From: Protoeuglena noctilucae
Lineage: Eukaryota
NCBI GenBank assembly: GCA_958009085.1
Contig: OY253673.1
Span: 62,001 to 126,000, forward strand
Direction: 5' to 3'
Length of the DNA stretch: 64,000 nt
Under the pieces are notes generated by a model. It saw only the letters and a list, made by a program, of their open reading frames with translations. It did no database searches and was not told where the DNA came from. Positions 35,217-49,815 of the stretch are shown one piece after another (positions within the stretch are counted from its first letter, which is position 1; each line of letters begins with the position of its first letter). The position numbers were made by a program, and so were the translations under genes.

Positions 35217-37964
35217 CTACAGCAGCCCGGCCCGGATGAGCATGGCCCCAGCCGCCGCGCCTGCCGCCGTAAGCGCTGACAGGAGCGCCTGCTGCTCCGT
35301 CACCTGCTCCACCCCCTTGGCCGTCACGCTCGACATGACGGCGTGCGTGGTGCTGTCGGGCTTCACTCTGCGCAACACAGGAGGGGCGCAGACCGCGTCA
35401 GTGCAAAGAACGAAGCTGCACCAGCAGCAGTGTACCCAGCCACCCATCATCGCAGGCCCACGCGTCACCCCTGCCCTCCCTGCCTGCCTCACCCCAGCTC
35501 CCCGCTCCGCATCTCCTGGTACACGTCGACCGCCACGTCGAACAGCGACGCCTCCTCACACGCGCTCAGCAGCGCGTTCCACCCCGCCACCCCCGCCCCC
35601 CACCGCCGGAAGCGCCGCCGGCACCGCATCACCCCCGCCCGCGCCTGCCCCGCCTGCACGTACGCCCGCACCAGGCCGGAGAGGGCGCGGTCAGAGGGGA
35701 CCTGAGGGCGTGGGGATGGACACAGTCTGGTTGGCACACTGACACAACTAACTGTCGGGGCGTCCCCGTCTCGATAGCAGCTGTGAGCATGTGAGCCATA
35801 GCTGTCCATCAATGACAGAAACACCGCGACTCATGGCTGTACGCCTGCGCTGACATCAGAGCACTGCACCATCCGTGCTTCGCCCGTGCTTCCAGTCACC
35901 CCACCCCACCGCACCACACGTATGCAACCATCTCCACGTGCCCCTCAGCCTCACCTTCCCCATAGCCACGATCTCCCCCACGTGCCCCTCCGCCTCCGCC
36001 ACGCGCCCCTCGGCCCCCGCGGCGTTGATGAGCGTCTCGTGGGTCACGCGGTCCCTCAGCCCCGGGCCCAAGGCATCGGCGTAGGCCGCCGCTCGCGCAT
36101 ACGACTCCTGACGCGACACGGCTGCGAGGATGACGTTGTGGTGGACGGCGTTGAGGGCGATCCCGGCCGCCACCGCCCGCGCCGCTGTGGCACCCATGGC
36201 CTCCGCCCCCACGCCCCCGTCCAGCTGCTGCTTTAGCATGGTGCCCAGGACCACCGCTCCGTCGCCGTGGCGGCCCAGCCTCCGCGCTCGGAGGAGGCGC
36301 TCGTAGAGATCGAATGCCAGGGAGGCGTGGGACGGCGTGCGGCACGCGCGGATCACCATGGCGAAGGTGCGGTGGTTGGGCCTGGGGGTCGAGTGGGGAG
36401 GGGAGGGTGGGGCGGACAGCAAAGAGCTAATGCGAAGCAAGGACGGACCTCAAGCGGGGCAGGGACGCAGGTGCCGTACAACCCACCGCACCCAACATAG
36501 TCGACACCTCGCTAGCACGTCCCGTCCTCATTTCTCAGCGTCAGCTCACCTGACCCCGTACTCGTCTTCCATGTTTTCCAGGAACCTCATGAGCCCGTCC
36601 CTGGCGCCGAACTGCGCCATTCCCTGGGCTAAGACTGACAGGGTCACGGCGTTGGGGCGAAGGCCGTGGTCACGCATCCAGTGAAGGAACTGGGAGGCCC
36701 GGGGGAGGTCACCGGCGCCAACGAGGACCTCTGAAGATGTGGGAGAAAGAGCGAAGTCACATTGGACGACCCAAAGAGGGGCAAGAGTAGTGCGATGGGC
36801 GCAGGTGTCGCTGCGCGTGTCTGCGGCGCGCCCCTCACGCATCACGGCTGTGCATGCCACCACGTCCGGCAGGTGCCCCCCGGTGAGGAGGGCCTGGAAG
36901 ATGCGGTCGGCCGTGGCGGGGGAGGTGTTCTCCAGGAGAGGGGCGGCGGAGCGGGGGTTCAGGCGTAGGCCCTGGGGTCACGTGACGGATGAGGAGATTG
37001 GATAAGGAGATCAGATCGAGCCGGAATGGGTACGGGAGGAGACAAGACTGCAGACACTGCATCCGCCTGACGCGATGCTTGTTGCAGGGACGTGTGCGCA
37101 CAGACGCCCGCCGCTGCCGCACCTGTCGCAAGGCCGCCTCAAAGATGCCCTCCCGCACGTCCCCGGGGAGCCCCGCGTCCGTGGTCGCCTTGGCCAGGAC
37201 GGCCACGAGCGGGTTGCTCAGCCGCACGGACCCCTGGCACGCTTCCCTCGCTGCCTCTGCCACGGCGTCCGCCTGCCCACGCGCAGCCGCCAGCTGCACC
37301 CGTGCACCCCACAGATGGGAGTCGGACTCGACACCCGCATCCTGCGCGAGGCGGAGGGCTTTGGCATGTATGAGACACCGTGGCAAGACTCCTCGACGCC
37401 ACAGAGCAGGCTCATGCAGCGTCAGTCAGGGTTGGGCCGAGCGGTGCCATGGTTGCGACGAGCGTTGCCGCGCCGCCACCCGCGCCACCCGTGCACGTGC
37501 CCTGTCGTCCCCGTCACCTTGGCACGCCGCGACGCGTCCTCCGCCGCCTCCAGGTCCCCCCACCACAGCGCGGCCTTGATGGCCTGGGTGGCAAAGTGCG
37601 CGTCCGTGCCGCACTGCGCGTGCGTCCAGGCGATCACCTCCCGCACGCGCGCATACGCGGTGGGGTCCGGGCACGCGTTCCCGCCCTCCCCGTCGTCGTT
37701 GGCCCCGGGCGACGGGTCCCACGCCCCAGCGTCACCCGACCGCGTCCCCGGGCGGTGCTCCCGGGAGAGCGCCGCGACGAACTGGGAGCTCAGTCTGAGA
37801 TCGAATTCGTAGGGCACCGCGCGGAGCCAGCGGTGCAGGGCGTGGAGGCGCGGCGACGCCCCGCGGGCGCGGGAGAGGGCCACGACAACCTTGGCAAGGC
37901 GCCAGGGCTCCACCGATCGTACGGCCGCCGCCAGGGCAGGCGGAGGAGGCGTCGGCAGCTCCAT
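35217..37964 (-). CDS. Pentatricopeptide-repeat (PPR)-like protein, spliced; 5' end may extend to ~38,700
   Basis: PPR-type motifs GWNALLSAC…AVDVYQEMRSGVKPD, PNHRTFAMVIRAC, DRVTHETLINAAGAEGRVAEAE and GLRPNAVTLSVL. Confidence 0.75.
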
Positions 37965-39099
37965 AACGGGGTGATGGAGTAGCCGAAGGATGACGCCGGG
38001 CAGGGGCTGCGGGGCGAGCGGAGGGGGAGGGAAAGTCTGTGTGTGCCATGCTTTGGGCCCGTCCGCGCGGCACGGGGCCGCATGACAAAGGGCGTCGGGC
38101 ACGCCTGCGCATTGAGCAAATGTTGATATGTCTTGTGACTTGAAATCGGAGCGGCCCTCGCCCGAAGTTCGCGGTCCTCTGATGGATCGAGGGTCGTGTC
38201 CCAGGAGGGTGCCCCGGAGCGCGCGGGCCGGCGCGCGCGGGGACCTGAGCTCTCCGGGACGCGCATCTCCGCTGTAGACCATTCGATGGGCTGAGCCGCG
38301 GCGGGCCTCCGTCGCCGGCGGGACAGGGCGAGGCTCGTTGCGGGCTGGAACTGGAGACGCGCCCCCCGGAAGCTGCGGCGACGGTAGCGGGCGCGAGGAT
38401 TCATGAAGTTGACGACATTGCGATCTACTATTCGATCGCTGGAGTCGGGACAGCAAGCGAGAACCGCGGTCCTGCGCACGGTTTGCCGAGCACTCGCTCT
38501 TGGCCGCGCATTGCGATGCCCTCCTCGACTCACCTGTGGCCGCGAAACCTGGCCTTGACCAAGGGGGAAGAAGATATAAGACATCGCGGCGAGTGCGACG
38601 CGGCGCCCGCCGCTGTGCGCGCCTCGGGAGGGTTGGGGACGTGCATGTGCGTGGTTTGGGGCGCGACAGGCCCGAGAGGGAAGGACAATGCACTGGGCCG
38701 GAGCTCGCGCCCTAAACAAGCTTTGCTGTGGCCCGCGGGATCTAAATTACTGCCCCAGCAGGCGAGGTACACACACTTGTGAGCTCAGCCACTCCGCGCC
38801 AAGACTAGGGGCTACAGGCGTCTACGTGCGCGTTGGCTGCACAACTGTCGAGCCCTCTCAGCGCCCTCAGGCATGTGTGGAAAAGCCACGCAAAAGGTTT
38901 AAGACCTGACGCCAGGACCTGACCAAGCGCCAGCCGCACCACAAGAGTGGGCGAGCACGATCGCTGCGGTGCAATCGTCTGCGGCCCGCCGATCTGTGAC
39001 ACCAAGCACAGCAACTGGATTAAGCGATTTGGTGTGGTAAACAGCTAGCTGCAGACTTCGTTTCTTTCTTGACCATTTGACAGCTTCACGGCCGCGAAA

Positions 39100-39889
39100 A
39101 TGGTGCAGACTTCGACGGAGAAGGCCGCAGCTTCCAACCACGACGACGATGGCGGCCGCGCAACCGGGGACGACGGCCTGCAAGGCCGCACCATTCTCAG
39201 GTGGGTTTGCGTGCAGACAGATGGGTTTATTGTCTGCGTGGAGCAGCATCCATCAAACATGCTTCTTTGTTGTGCAGTATGATGCAGGAGCTTTTGCTGG
39301 GAATCGAGAAGGACGCGGGGCAGGCTGACCCCGAAGCGCGGGCGGCACTGGACGAGCTGCGTCTGAGCCTTGCTGGCCTCGAAGACGCGCGCCGGGCTGC
39401 GGGATTGCCCCCACGCGACGCCTCTGATGTCTCGCGGCCCTGGGGAGCTGACGCGGAGGGCGCGGGGCCCGGTCTGCGTGGGGCGGAGGACCTGGCAGCG
39501 GCGCTGCGGCAGCTGGAGAGCATGGAGCGCCAAATGGACGAGGTCGAGAATGCGCTGGACGCGATGGACAGGTGCGGAGAGGCTTTGGCACTTTCAGATG
39601 CTCTCCCGAAGCTTGATGCAAGCGCCGAGTGCTGCTCTGGCCCCGTGCGTGTGTTGCGGTTACGATGATGATGCGCTGGTCTGTTTGCCGCAGGGAGTCG
39701 ATGGCGGTCCTGGCCGCGGCTTTGGGAGGGGAGGGGCGCGAGGCTGGCGAAGCGAAGGAGGGGTCGACGGGGGCGGGGGGTGCGGAGGGGCATGCACCAG
39801 ATGGGAAGACAGGGCGGGGGGCGGGGGCAGCAGGGGATGAGGAGAACGAAGGAGATGGGACCGCGGGCACCGGGAACGGAAATGTATAA
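39100..39889 (+). CDS. Small acidic coiled-coil protein, 3 exons, unknown function
   Basis: Exons join via GTGGGT…TGCAG and GTGCGG…CCGCAG. Contains the LRQLESMERQMDEVENALDAMDRES heptads. Confidence 0.5.
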
Positions 39890-40117
39890 TGTTTCTTGGT
39901 TGCACTTACTGGCTGCTGACGTTGAAACCGGCCCTGGCTGGACTGGCAGTGTGGCACGCAAGGTTCAATGCGCTGGGATCGTGGCGCATTAATGGGATCA
40001 CACCTCACCAACTCTTACCAACTCTTGCTGGCACCCACCCACCCTCTCGCCGCCCCTAGCACCCACCCTCTCTCCCGCAGCCACTTCACCCCTAAGCCCC
40101 TTCACCCCTTCACCCCT

Positions 40118-41795
40118 TCACCGCCCGAGCAAGGATGCCGTGCGTCCCTGGAGGTGGTGTCGCTTGCTGCCCACTTCCTGGTCGTCCTTGTGCATGAGGA
40201 CGGGCACATGGGACCTGCAGCACGGGGCACGCAACGGGCTGAGTGCCACCTCCCATGCCACCCTCATCGCGCCGACAGCACGCGAAGAGACACTTCGCAT
40301 GCCGGCCTTGTGAAAAGACACCTAGCAAGCAAGCCTTGGTGAAGAAACACTTGGCACTCCGGCCTCACCCCTGGTTGAGTATGTCTTCGCACACGCTCCC
40401 GAGCTTGGTGAGGCCGGCGATGCCAAGGACCAGGAAGTCGGCGTTGGCTCTCTCGGCACGCGTCACGATGGATTCGGGCACTGCGGGAGTGGGGGTGAAA
40501 AGTGTGGGTGGGTGCCGTCTAGGTGAGGTCGCGTTGTGGCGAAAGTGGCGAACCCAAGCAAACAGTCTCCGGCCAACGCGCAAGCGCTTACCAGAGTTGG
40601 GGTGCTCGAGCCCGGCGGCCTGATCGGGCATCATGACGAAGAGGGTCTCGAAAGTGAAGCGCCCGTCCTGTTCCAGGGCCGCCCTGAAGGGCTCCAGGCT
40701 CGCCTGTGCATGACAGAGAAAGAACCGAGACTGACGGCGCGAGGGTGGCCCAGGAGGGTGCCTGCCTCGGAGTGCCATGCACCCCGAGAAACACACCTCA
40801 GACGCCTGTTTGAAGTCCGCCATCCAGACGCAGATGGTGTCGCCGGGGTGTGCATAGCTCTTGAGGACGCTCGAGAAGGCTGCAGGCAAGGAGGTGCACA
40901 GAGGTGCAAGGCGCGTCACATCGCTTGCCCGCGGGGGTTACCCCTCCACCCTGCGCGGCGCTGCAGTGCGTGCTGTGTGTCGATGCCGGAGTGGCGCACC
41001 CATCCCACGCCACCCAGGCCTCACCCATGAGGGACGCGCGCCCCCCGTCGACCGCCACAACCCACTTGCGCTTGGACGCGACGTCGTGCGACGTGGGCCG
41101 CTGCGCGAGGCACACGGAGCAGGCGGACTGGCGCATGGCGGCGTTGGCAGTGCTACCGAGGGCCGACTTGGGGCCCTTGCGGCCGTGCGTGCCCATGAAG
41201 AGCAGGTCCAACGCACACTTGTCCGCCAGCTGCACCAGCGCCTCGGCCGTCGTGATGCCGGGGGTCTGGGGTCGGCGGAGGGCAGCAGCCATGAGCAGGT
41301 GGATGCAGCGGGTGCGGTGGGGCGGAGCGGGCTGCCGACGGTAGCGCGCCGGCAGTGCCAGTGTCCCCCTCTCCCCTCGCCTTCTCGCGGGAGACGAACT
41401 GGTGGCGCACGAGGGGCACGAAATGCATCTGGTGCATCTCGTACTGCCGCATCAGGTGCGCGGGGCTCTCGTGGTAGTCGCTGCCGGCCGACCTGGCCGG
41501 GGCGACGTGTAGCACGAAGACGTCCATGTCGGGCGTGCACATCCTGCATGCACGCACGATGGCAGAAGTCCCGCGAAGCTGGGACACCCGGCCAGTGAAA
41601 GCGCAGTGTCGCGGCCTGTGCACCACGTTGAGATAACCTGCACTCTCTCCGTGAAATTCACCTCGCCATGGCCTCATAGGTCTTCTCCGCGGCCGCACTG
41701 CCGTCAATCGCGCATCCCACGCGGAGCCTACGGGGCTTAAACTTGGAGTCCCATTCCTGCACAAACGCCGGGACGTCCGCGACGCTCAGCGGCAT
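40118..41795 (-). CDS. Tandem universal stress protein (USP) domain protein, spliced
   Basis: RVGCAIDGSAAA, DLLFMGTHGRKG..SALGSTA, WVVAVDGGRAS and DFLVLGIAG…LGSV. Confidence 0.85.
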
Positions 41796-42444
41796 CCTGC
41801 GGGTGCAAGCGGGTTGCTCCTGTCGTGTCACGACCCCCCTCGACAAATCAGGCGACGGCTCTGTCATCAGAGAGCGGCCAGGGGGCGGGGGGGGAAAGGT
41901 TGTTATTAGGTGGCACACACCTGGCCGTGGATAGCCAATTTGTCGGCTTTTTCACCAGCAATCAGGAGAGTTTAGACGAAATATGCGGTGGAGAGAGCTT
42001 GATGGGATTTTCCGTTTCGTAGGGCGACACGCGAGGCCTGAGAAGCATGAAAGGGTCAATGGCAAGTCTGAAAAACTGCCAACACTGCGGCAGCCAAAGA
42101 GCCACTGATACGATTGATGAACAAGATACGAATATTCCGGTGGCGACTTGGGGCCGCACGCGCCTCCGTCAGTCGCAGCGGGGCGCTCACAGTTAGCACT
42201 GGTTGACCTCGCAGCCACAAGGCACAAGTATCGCTCGAAATTTCTTCGACAGCGCCAGTAACGCTACGAAATCCTTAGCTCCGAACTATCAGCCTCGCCA
42301 GGCGCCGGGCCAGCCTGAGAAGCCACACATGCATGAAACATCACGGCCCGCAGCCCAGCGACGGCGCATCCTATGTCGTCACGCCGCAGGAGCTACGTCA
42401 AAGCGCGCCGCAGCGCCCTTCCGCGGCGCGCCTCGCGCACAGCG

Positions 42445-45400
42445 TCAAACGGCGCGGGTGAGGATGTCCCTTTCCAGGTCCTCGCTGAGGCGCTTGGTCT
42501 GCTGGAAGTGCCGCATGTGCAGGATGCTGCGGCACCCGGCCTGCGCGATGCTCTTGCCGCCCACCGTCTCCGAGTAGGCGCGCGGCCGGTGCCCCTCGAG
42601 GAGCGCCTCGCCGGGCGTCCCCACCTTGCGGCACTGCAGGTGGCAGGAAACGGACACGTCTCACCTCCGCGATTTGACCTGCGGCGCAGGGGCAGTCGCA
42701 GCGGACGCGGCGCGGCTCCTCACCACGGAGAGCAGTCCCTGGAGATCGTTCATCTTCATGAAAGGGCAAGAGGCGCACCCACCCTCGGGAGAGCAGCCCT
42801 CGCCCCCCGCTGGCCCTGGCACCACCTGCAGCCCCCCGGGCAGGCCCCCGGGCGCGGCCGGCATCGACTCCCCGGGCGCCACGGCGTCGACGCTGACCGG
42901 GAACACGATGTCCACCTGCACATCCCGCGTGTCGGCCGCCCGCAGCATCGCCTGCACCTTGCGCACGATCGACGTCACCATGCCCGTCTCGGTCCCCAGG
43001 ACGAAGCGCTGCGGGCGCGGAAGAAACTTTTAGTTATAACCAAACGAGTCGCATCCTGCAGTTGGACCCGCCGCGCAGCGAGCGCTGTGCCAGCAGCGCC
43101 CTTCATGTCAGGTCCATGAGTGGCCCCTACCCCACCCCGCGGCATGGCGCTTGCTCTTCGCGTCTCGCCCTCACCAGCGTCTCCGGCACTTTCCTCTCCT
43201 GCGCCTCCCCGACCTTCTCGGCGATGAAGTCGAGGATGTTCTGCGTGGACCCCACCACGCCCATGCCACGCGCGCGTGCCTCCATGGCCAGCGTGAACAT
43301 CTCCCCGGGCACCTCGAAGTGGGCCGTCAGGTACGCGTCGCCGTACGCGTCACGCACCGCCTGGCACACCTGGGGACGAGTGGGGACGACATGGGCGTGA
43401 GCGGTGGGGCGTCGTCGGGACGGCACGTGTGGCGCATCGCATGTCGCACAATGCCACTTGCCTGTCCGCCAAACATGTGGTGCACGGCGCACATCCCCTG
43501 GTCGTAGTGCCTCAGCCGGGGCAGGCACTCGCGCACCGTGGCAGCCGTGTGGGCCGGGTGCAGCCGCTGCACCTCCTCGTCTGGCAGCTGCGACAGCATC
43601 TGCGATCGAGATGGAAACGAGGGGATATAACTGGGGGACTAAGGTACCCCAGCTCTCGGTTGCACATCACGACGCCTGTTGTCAGCGAGCGGTCGAGCAC
43701 AGGCGCACCCTGGAACCTCCCACCCCGCCACTGGTCACCTAAGTTAGCATCCCAGCACACCACCTGTCCCCCCCGCCACTCGCCTGGAAGAGCTGCGCGA
43801 CGTTGCGCCCCATGTACGTGTCTGGCCCGTACCACACATGGCAGTCGGGGACCTGGGCAAACGCCTGCAGGATGGTCTGCACCACGTTGGAGGACGTGCA
43901 GGTGATGGTGGGCACGAGGTCGTCCGCCAGTGCCTTGGTGCGCAGGGACGTGTTGATGTACACGACGTGGAGCGACCGGGGGGTCCGGGAGGCCTCGGAA
44001 AGGTACGAGAAGTACTGCGGGGGTGGAGAGGAGCGCCAGGTTGTGTATTAGATAGGGATCTTGCTTTGCTGCTGCTGTTGAGTCATTCTCAGATCATGCG
44101 CAGGCATCAAGCGTTTCCACAGCCGACGCGTGTCCCAACACGCCATGCCTGAGCTCAGTCTTGATCGCTGGCTGTGTCGCCTGCCATCCCTCACCCGGTC
44201 GTCCTCCGCCGCTTCGGCCAGCGTGCACCCGATGGCGTCGGCGGAGAGGCGGTAGACGGGGACGTGGCCGAACCCCGCGTCGTCGAGGATGGCGCGGACG
44301 TTTTCTGACATGAAGTCGACGCCGAGGACGCAGACGGCGTGGCAGCCGGCGCAACACATGGACACGGCCCTGGGGGTGGGGAGGGAGATGGGGCTGACTG
44401 GGAGTGGCACATGGGCACAGCAACGGGGGAGAGGAGAGAACGACTGACAGGGAGTGGGGCATGGAAACATGGACACGGCCCTGGGGTTGGGGAGGGAGAT
44501 GGGGCTGACTGGGAGTGGCACATGGAGACATGCACACGGCCCTGGGGTTGGGGAGAGAGCTGAGACTAACTGAAACTGGGACGGCATGGCCCTCGCTGCT
44601 TGCATTTGGCCCTCGCCTGTCTGCCATGACCAGAGAGTCCGAGATGTGGATGTGGGGCCAGCGCTCCGCGGCACTCGTGAGGACGCCTTGCACCTGCAAG
44701 GCAGGGGCGCAGGGACGGGGGCTCTCCAGTTTATGTCACGAATGGTGTGACAGCCTCCCATGCGTGTCGAGTCTTGTGACGAAAGCAACACACACAGCCA
44801 CCTTTCGCTCGCATCTTTCACCTCTGGATCCATGTAGAAGTGCGCCACCACTCCAATGGCCTTGGACTCGAGCGCCTCGACCAGCGCATCCACCATGTCG
44901 GGAGCGGGCTCCAGGAACTGGGGAGGACACCGAGGGGGTTGAGGGTACTTGCTCACCAAGCGATGGGAGCTACTACTCCCCAGTCACGCCACGTCACGCA
45001 CCATAGACTCGCATGCAAGGCAGTGACCAGCATGGACGGGGCACCCTCACCCACACTGCACTGGCGCCCGCATGCGTGGCTGCCTCGCCCTCACCTTGGC
45101 CTGCGCCTCGGCAAACGCCCCCTGCGCCTCTATGCCGTCCGCCGTCACCCTCAGCGTGGGGAAGACGGGCAGGCGCCGCGACAGCGCCCGGGCCTGCCGC
45201 TTCATCGACTCGAGCATGTTGCGCACGCCGTTGACCCGCGAGGGCGGCAGGGACGCCAAGCCCAGCCCCAGGTCCGCCAGCTGACACGCCAGGTCGTCTG
45301 CCGACGCGGCCTCCACCTCTTCCGGACTCAGGCCTGACAGCGACCGCGTCAGGAGGCTGGCTGCGAGTGGGGGGAAAGGGGGTCGTGTGGGCGGATGCTC

Positions 45401-46195
45401 GGGCCCAAAGCAGGGCACCCTCTCTGTGCGGTCTCTTTCCCTCACCGAGGCCCTTGGTAATCTCCGATTCGGCGTCCGCGACGAAGTAGACCCGGTCCTC
45501 CCGCATCGTCGCGACCACCCACGCCCGCTGGGTGCAGCCCAGCACGCGATGGGCGTCCGTGCGCATTTCCTCGGGGAAAGGCTCCATCTGGCGACCCAGC
45601 TGCACCAGCCGCGCAGCGCGCTCCCTTGGCCCTGCGAAGGAGCGCACGTCGCGCGGGCGTCGCGAGCGTGGCTGGGAGGAAACGGGCGAGGAAACGACCT
45701 CACCGGCCATGCCTCCCTCGCCTGAAGAACTCCCGAGCTCCTTCGCGAAGACGTCGAAGCCGCGAGATACCTCCGTTCCACTGTCGACGCGAGAGGCACG
45801 CAGAAGCCGCGGCGACGCGGCCGGACGGGCCCCCGGGCGCCCCCAAGCGCACCTGCACGTGCCGAGGGTCCGGCGGCGCGTCGCGAGGCCAGAGATGCCT
45901 GCCCGACCGGGTCCTCAAAGACTTCTCAGGCCAAGCTGGCGCAAATGGTCCGCAAGATATACAGAATCTACGCGTGCGCCCTCAGCCACGGCGTCCACAG
46001 ACGGGGCCTGGGCAATCCAGCCGTCGGCGCTGGCTTAGATTCGCACGACCGGAAGCTCGAAAACCACCACATTTATCATCGCTGTCTCGGGCTCCATTAA
46101 CCCCTCGCTCGTCCTCACCCGGTGTGCGGAGCCAGCCGCGGCCACACTGCCCCCCCTTGCGCGGGCGGGGCCGTGAGCCGTAGGCCCTGATGCAT
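42445..46195 (-). CDS. QS: Quinolinate synthase, plant type (SufE-NadA fusion), spliced
   Basis: SufE-like RVLGCTQRAW…ADAESEITKG and SRVNGVRNML. NadA motifs VVAHFYMDPEVQG, LGVDFMSENV, IGCTLAEAA, YINTSL, CAVHHMF, AHFEVP, GTETGM and CPFMKMN. Start codon inferred. Confidence 0.92.
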
Positions 46196-47415
46196 GGGCC
46201 ACTTCTTGTTGAACACCCAGCTGGAACTAGCCGGGCGCATCGTGCCGCGGTCGACTCCCTGCACGGCAGCAAATGGCTAAGGTGCCGATTCGCTCGTCAG
46301 TTGGGCGCAAGAGAGAGCGGATGACCTCAGCTCTCCGATGATGTCGCGCAAGGAGCGGCGGAGGCCCCCCTTGAGTGCGGCCAAGTGCGAGGCCCCTACG
46401 TCTGACAGGGCGTCCCCCGTCGCTCAGGCCGCGCCCCCTTCCGAGCAACCCCGGGCCCTTCCCTCACTCCACTTTCGTCCGCCCGCGCGATGGGACTGTG
46501 AGCACAGTCCACGCCCAGCCTCTAGCCTCGTGACTGGTCTCCAACCCCAGCCGGCCCGAAGCCGGCGTTCCCCCGCCACACCGTCTCGAGAGAGCGGTGC
46601 GGGTGGTGATATCTTCGAGCGCGGACACCAGCCTACGCGATGCAGGTGGGCCGCGCGCCGAGGGCCGTGCGAGTGTGGAGCGTGCGGTGGCCGCGCCTCC
46701 TCCTCCGCCTGCTGGCCGCCCCCGGGCCAATTTCCGCCCAGACGGGGCACATTATGTAGATATCGCGGCGGGCGTCGGCAAATAGGGAGGATCTGCGCCC
46801 CCTGCGCGGCAGTTCCGCGCTTACCAGAGGGCCACTCGCGGGACGCCCTCACCGCGGCCCTCGTCCCCTCTCGCGGCGCGTCGAGGAGCCCCTCGCGTTT
46901 CTCTATTTGCACGGTTGTCTGTCGCGGAGTCGCTGTCCCGAGGGAAAGCTTGCTGGCCTCGCGGTCTTCGCGCCACGTCGTCGGCCGACCCTCGCCGTCG
47001 CTTTTCCAGCCGTCGGCGACCTCTCGATGCCTCCTTTTGGAATGCGCAATTCGGGGCGGGCGCGTAGCCCGTTTCGATGGGTGGCTTGGCCCGGATCGAT
47101 GCCCGCGTCCCTGGGCCGAGCGCGGCGCATGGCATGCACAGCCATCGCTAGTTACGTTTCACCGATGCCGTCGGCTGCCCCGGGGTCCCTCCTCGCGCGT
47201 GTGGTGTTGACGTCGTTTTGTGTTCCGCCCCGGGTCCGCGCCTCGGGCCCCCGCCTCCGTTCTCGCATGTGGCTGGAGATCCCATGAGGTCCATGGGGAG
47301 TCGCAGGCGGGGCGTGACGCCCACACTGCGCCGTGCTGTCCGTGCCCGCAGCGTAGCAGCCGTTCCTGGGTGTGGAACAAGAAGTACGCGGTTATGGTCA
47401 CAGTCCGCTGAGCAA

Positions 47416-47615
47416 NNNNNNNNNNNNNNNNNNNNNNNNNNNNNNNNNNNNNNNNNNNNNNNNNNNNNNNNNNNNNNNNNNNNNNNNNNNNNNNNNNNNN
47501 NNNNNNNNNNNNNNNNNNNNNNNNNNNNNNNNNNNNNNNNNNNNNNNNNNNNNNNNNNNNNNNNNNNNNNNNNNNNNNNNNNNNNNNNNNNNNNNNNNNN
47601 NNNNNNNNNNNNNNN
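47416..47615. other. Assembly gap (200 N)
   Basis: Run of n characters. Confidence 1.
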
Positions 47616-47761
47616 AAAGGCGAGCCCTACAAACACATGGACGCGGCCGGGGCGCGTCTGGTGGCTGGTGGCAGTGCGACCCCCAAGCGTGTGGCACACG
47701 TGCGCACCCCCGGCCCTGAGGGCCTCTACGCCCCACGACGGCCTGCTAACCCAGGCCCCCC

Positions 47762-49012
<1,251 letters not shown>

Positions 49013-49815
49013 TCAACCCGCCCCGGGAGGCCGCGCACCACCACGAAGCATCGCACCGCGGGCCAGGGAGCTGATCGGGCCGAAAAATCAAGAGCACGGG
49101 CCACAGCGTCGGGCCCGGGAGAGGGGCCCAGGCTCCTAACGCGTGACGCTCCCCGGCCAGCGCCCCGTCGGGCGCGAGCGCCGTGCCGGGCCCACCCAGA
49201 ACGACATCGCGCGCGCACAGGGGAGGGAAGGGCGCAATGCAGCGCTTCCTGGCGGTCAACCGGCGCCATGGGGGAGCCAGCGCGCGGAAAGCCCAAGCGC
49301 CCGCCCAGCCGGCCAGATGGGCGCCGGCCGGGAAGGTCCGTCCCCTAAATCGAACCGAAAAGGCCGCGGCGTGGTCCGCCTGCCCCGCCAGGACGCCCCC
49401 GAGCCCCGCGCACCTCTTCCTTCACCGTGACAACAGCGAGCTGATACCCAGGGTCCCGAGGGTCAGTCTCGCGGCTAGATACGGCGGGTTCTCTGCACAG
49501 AGCTGCAGTCGGGCCGCTCCCGAAGGAGCGGGCGCGAGGCAACACTGGCATAGGGTTTTCAACCCAGACGCCCGCCCCGGCCCTATCGGCCCGCCCGGCA
49601 CTATCATCGCACTCAGATCCTCCATGCCTCGCGCCGGCGCGCAGCGTTGGCGCCCAGGCACGCGGGACAGCCAGCACCCTGCCCCCGACGCTGCCGCTCA
49701 AAGGGCCGGCGCGATCGAGGGCTCCTTGGCCTGCGGGGGAGGGGAGCAGGAGGCGTGAGTCATCCTGAAAGCGTTGGCTGCCGCACTGCGTGACAACGCG
49801 CCCTGCAATGCGCAC

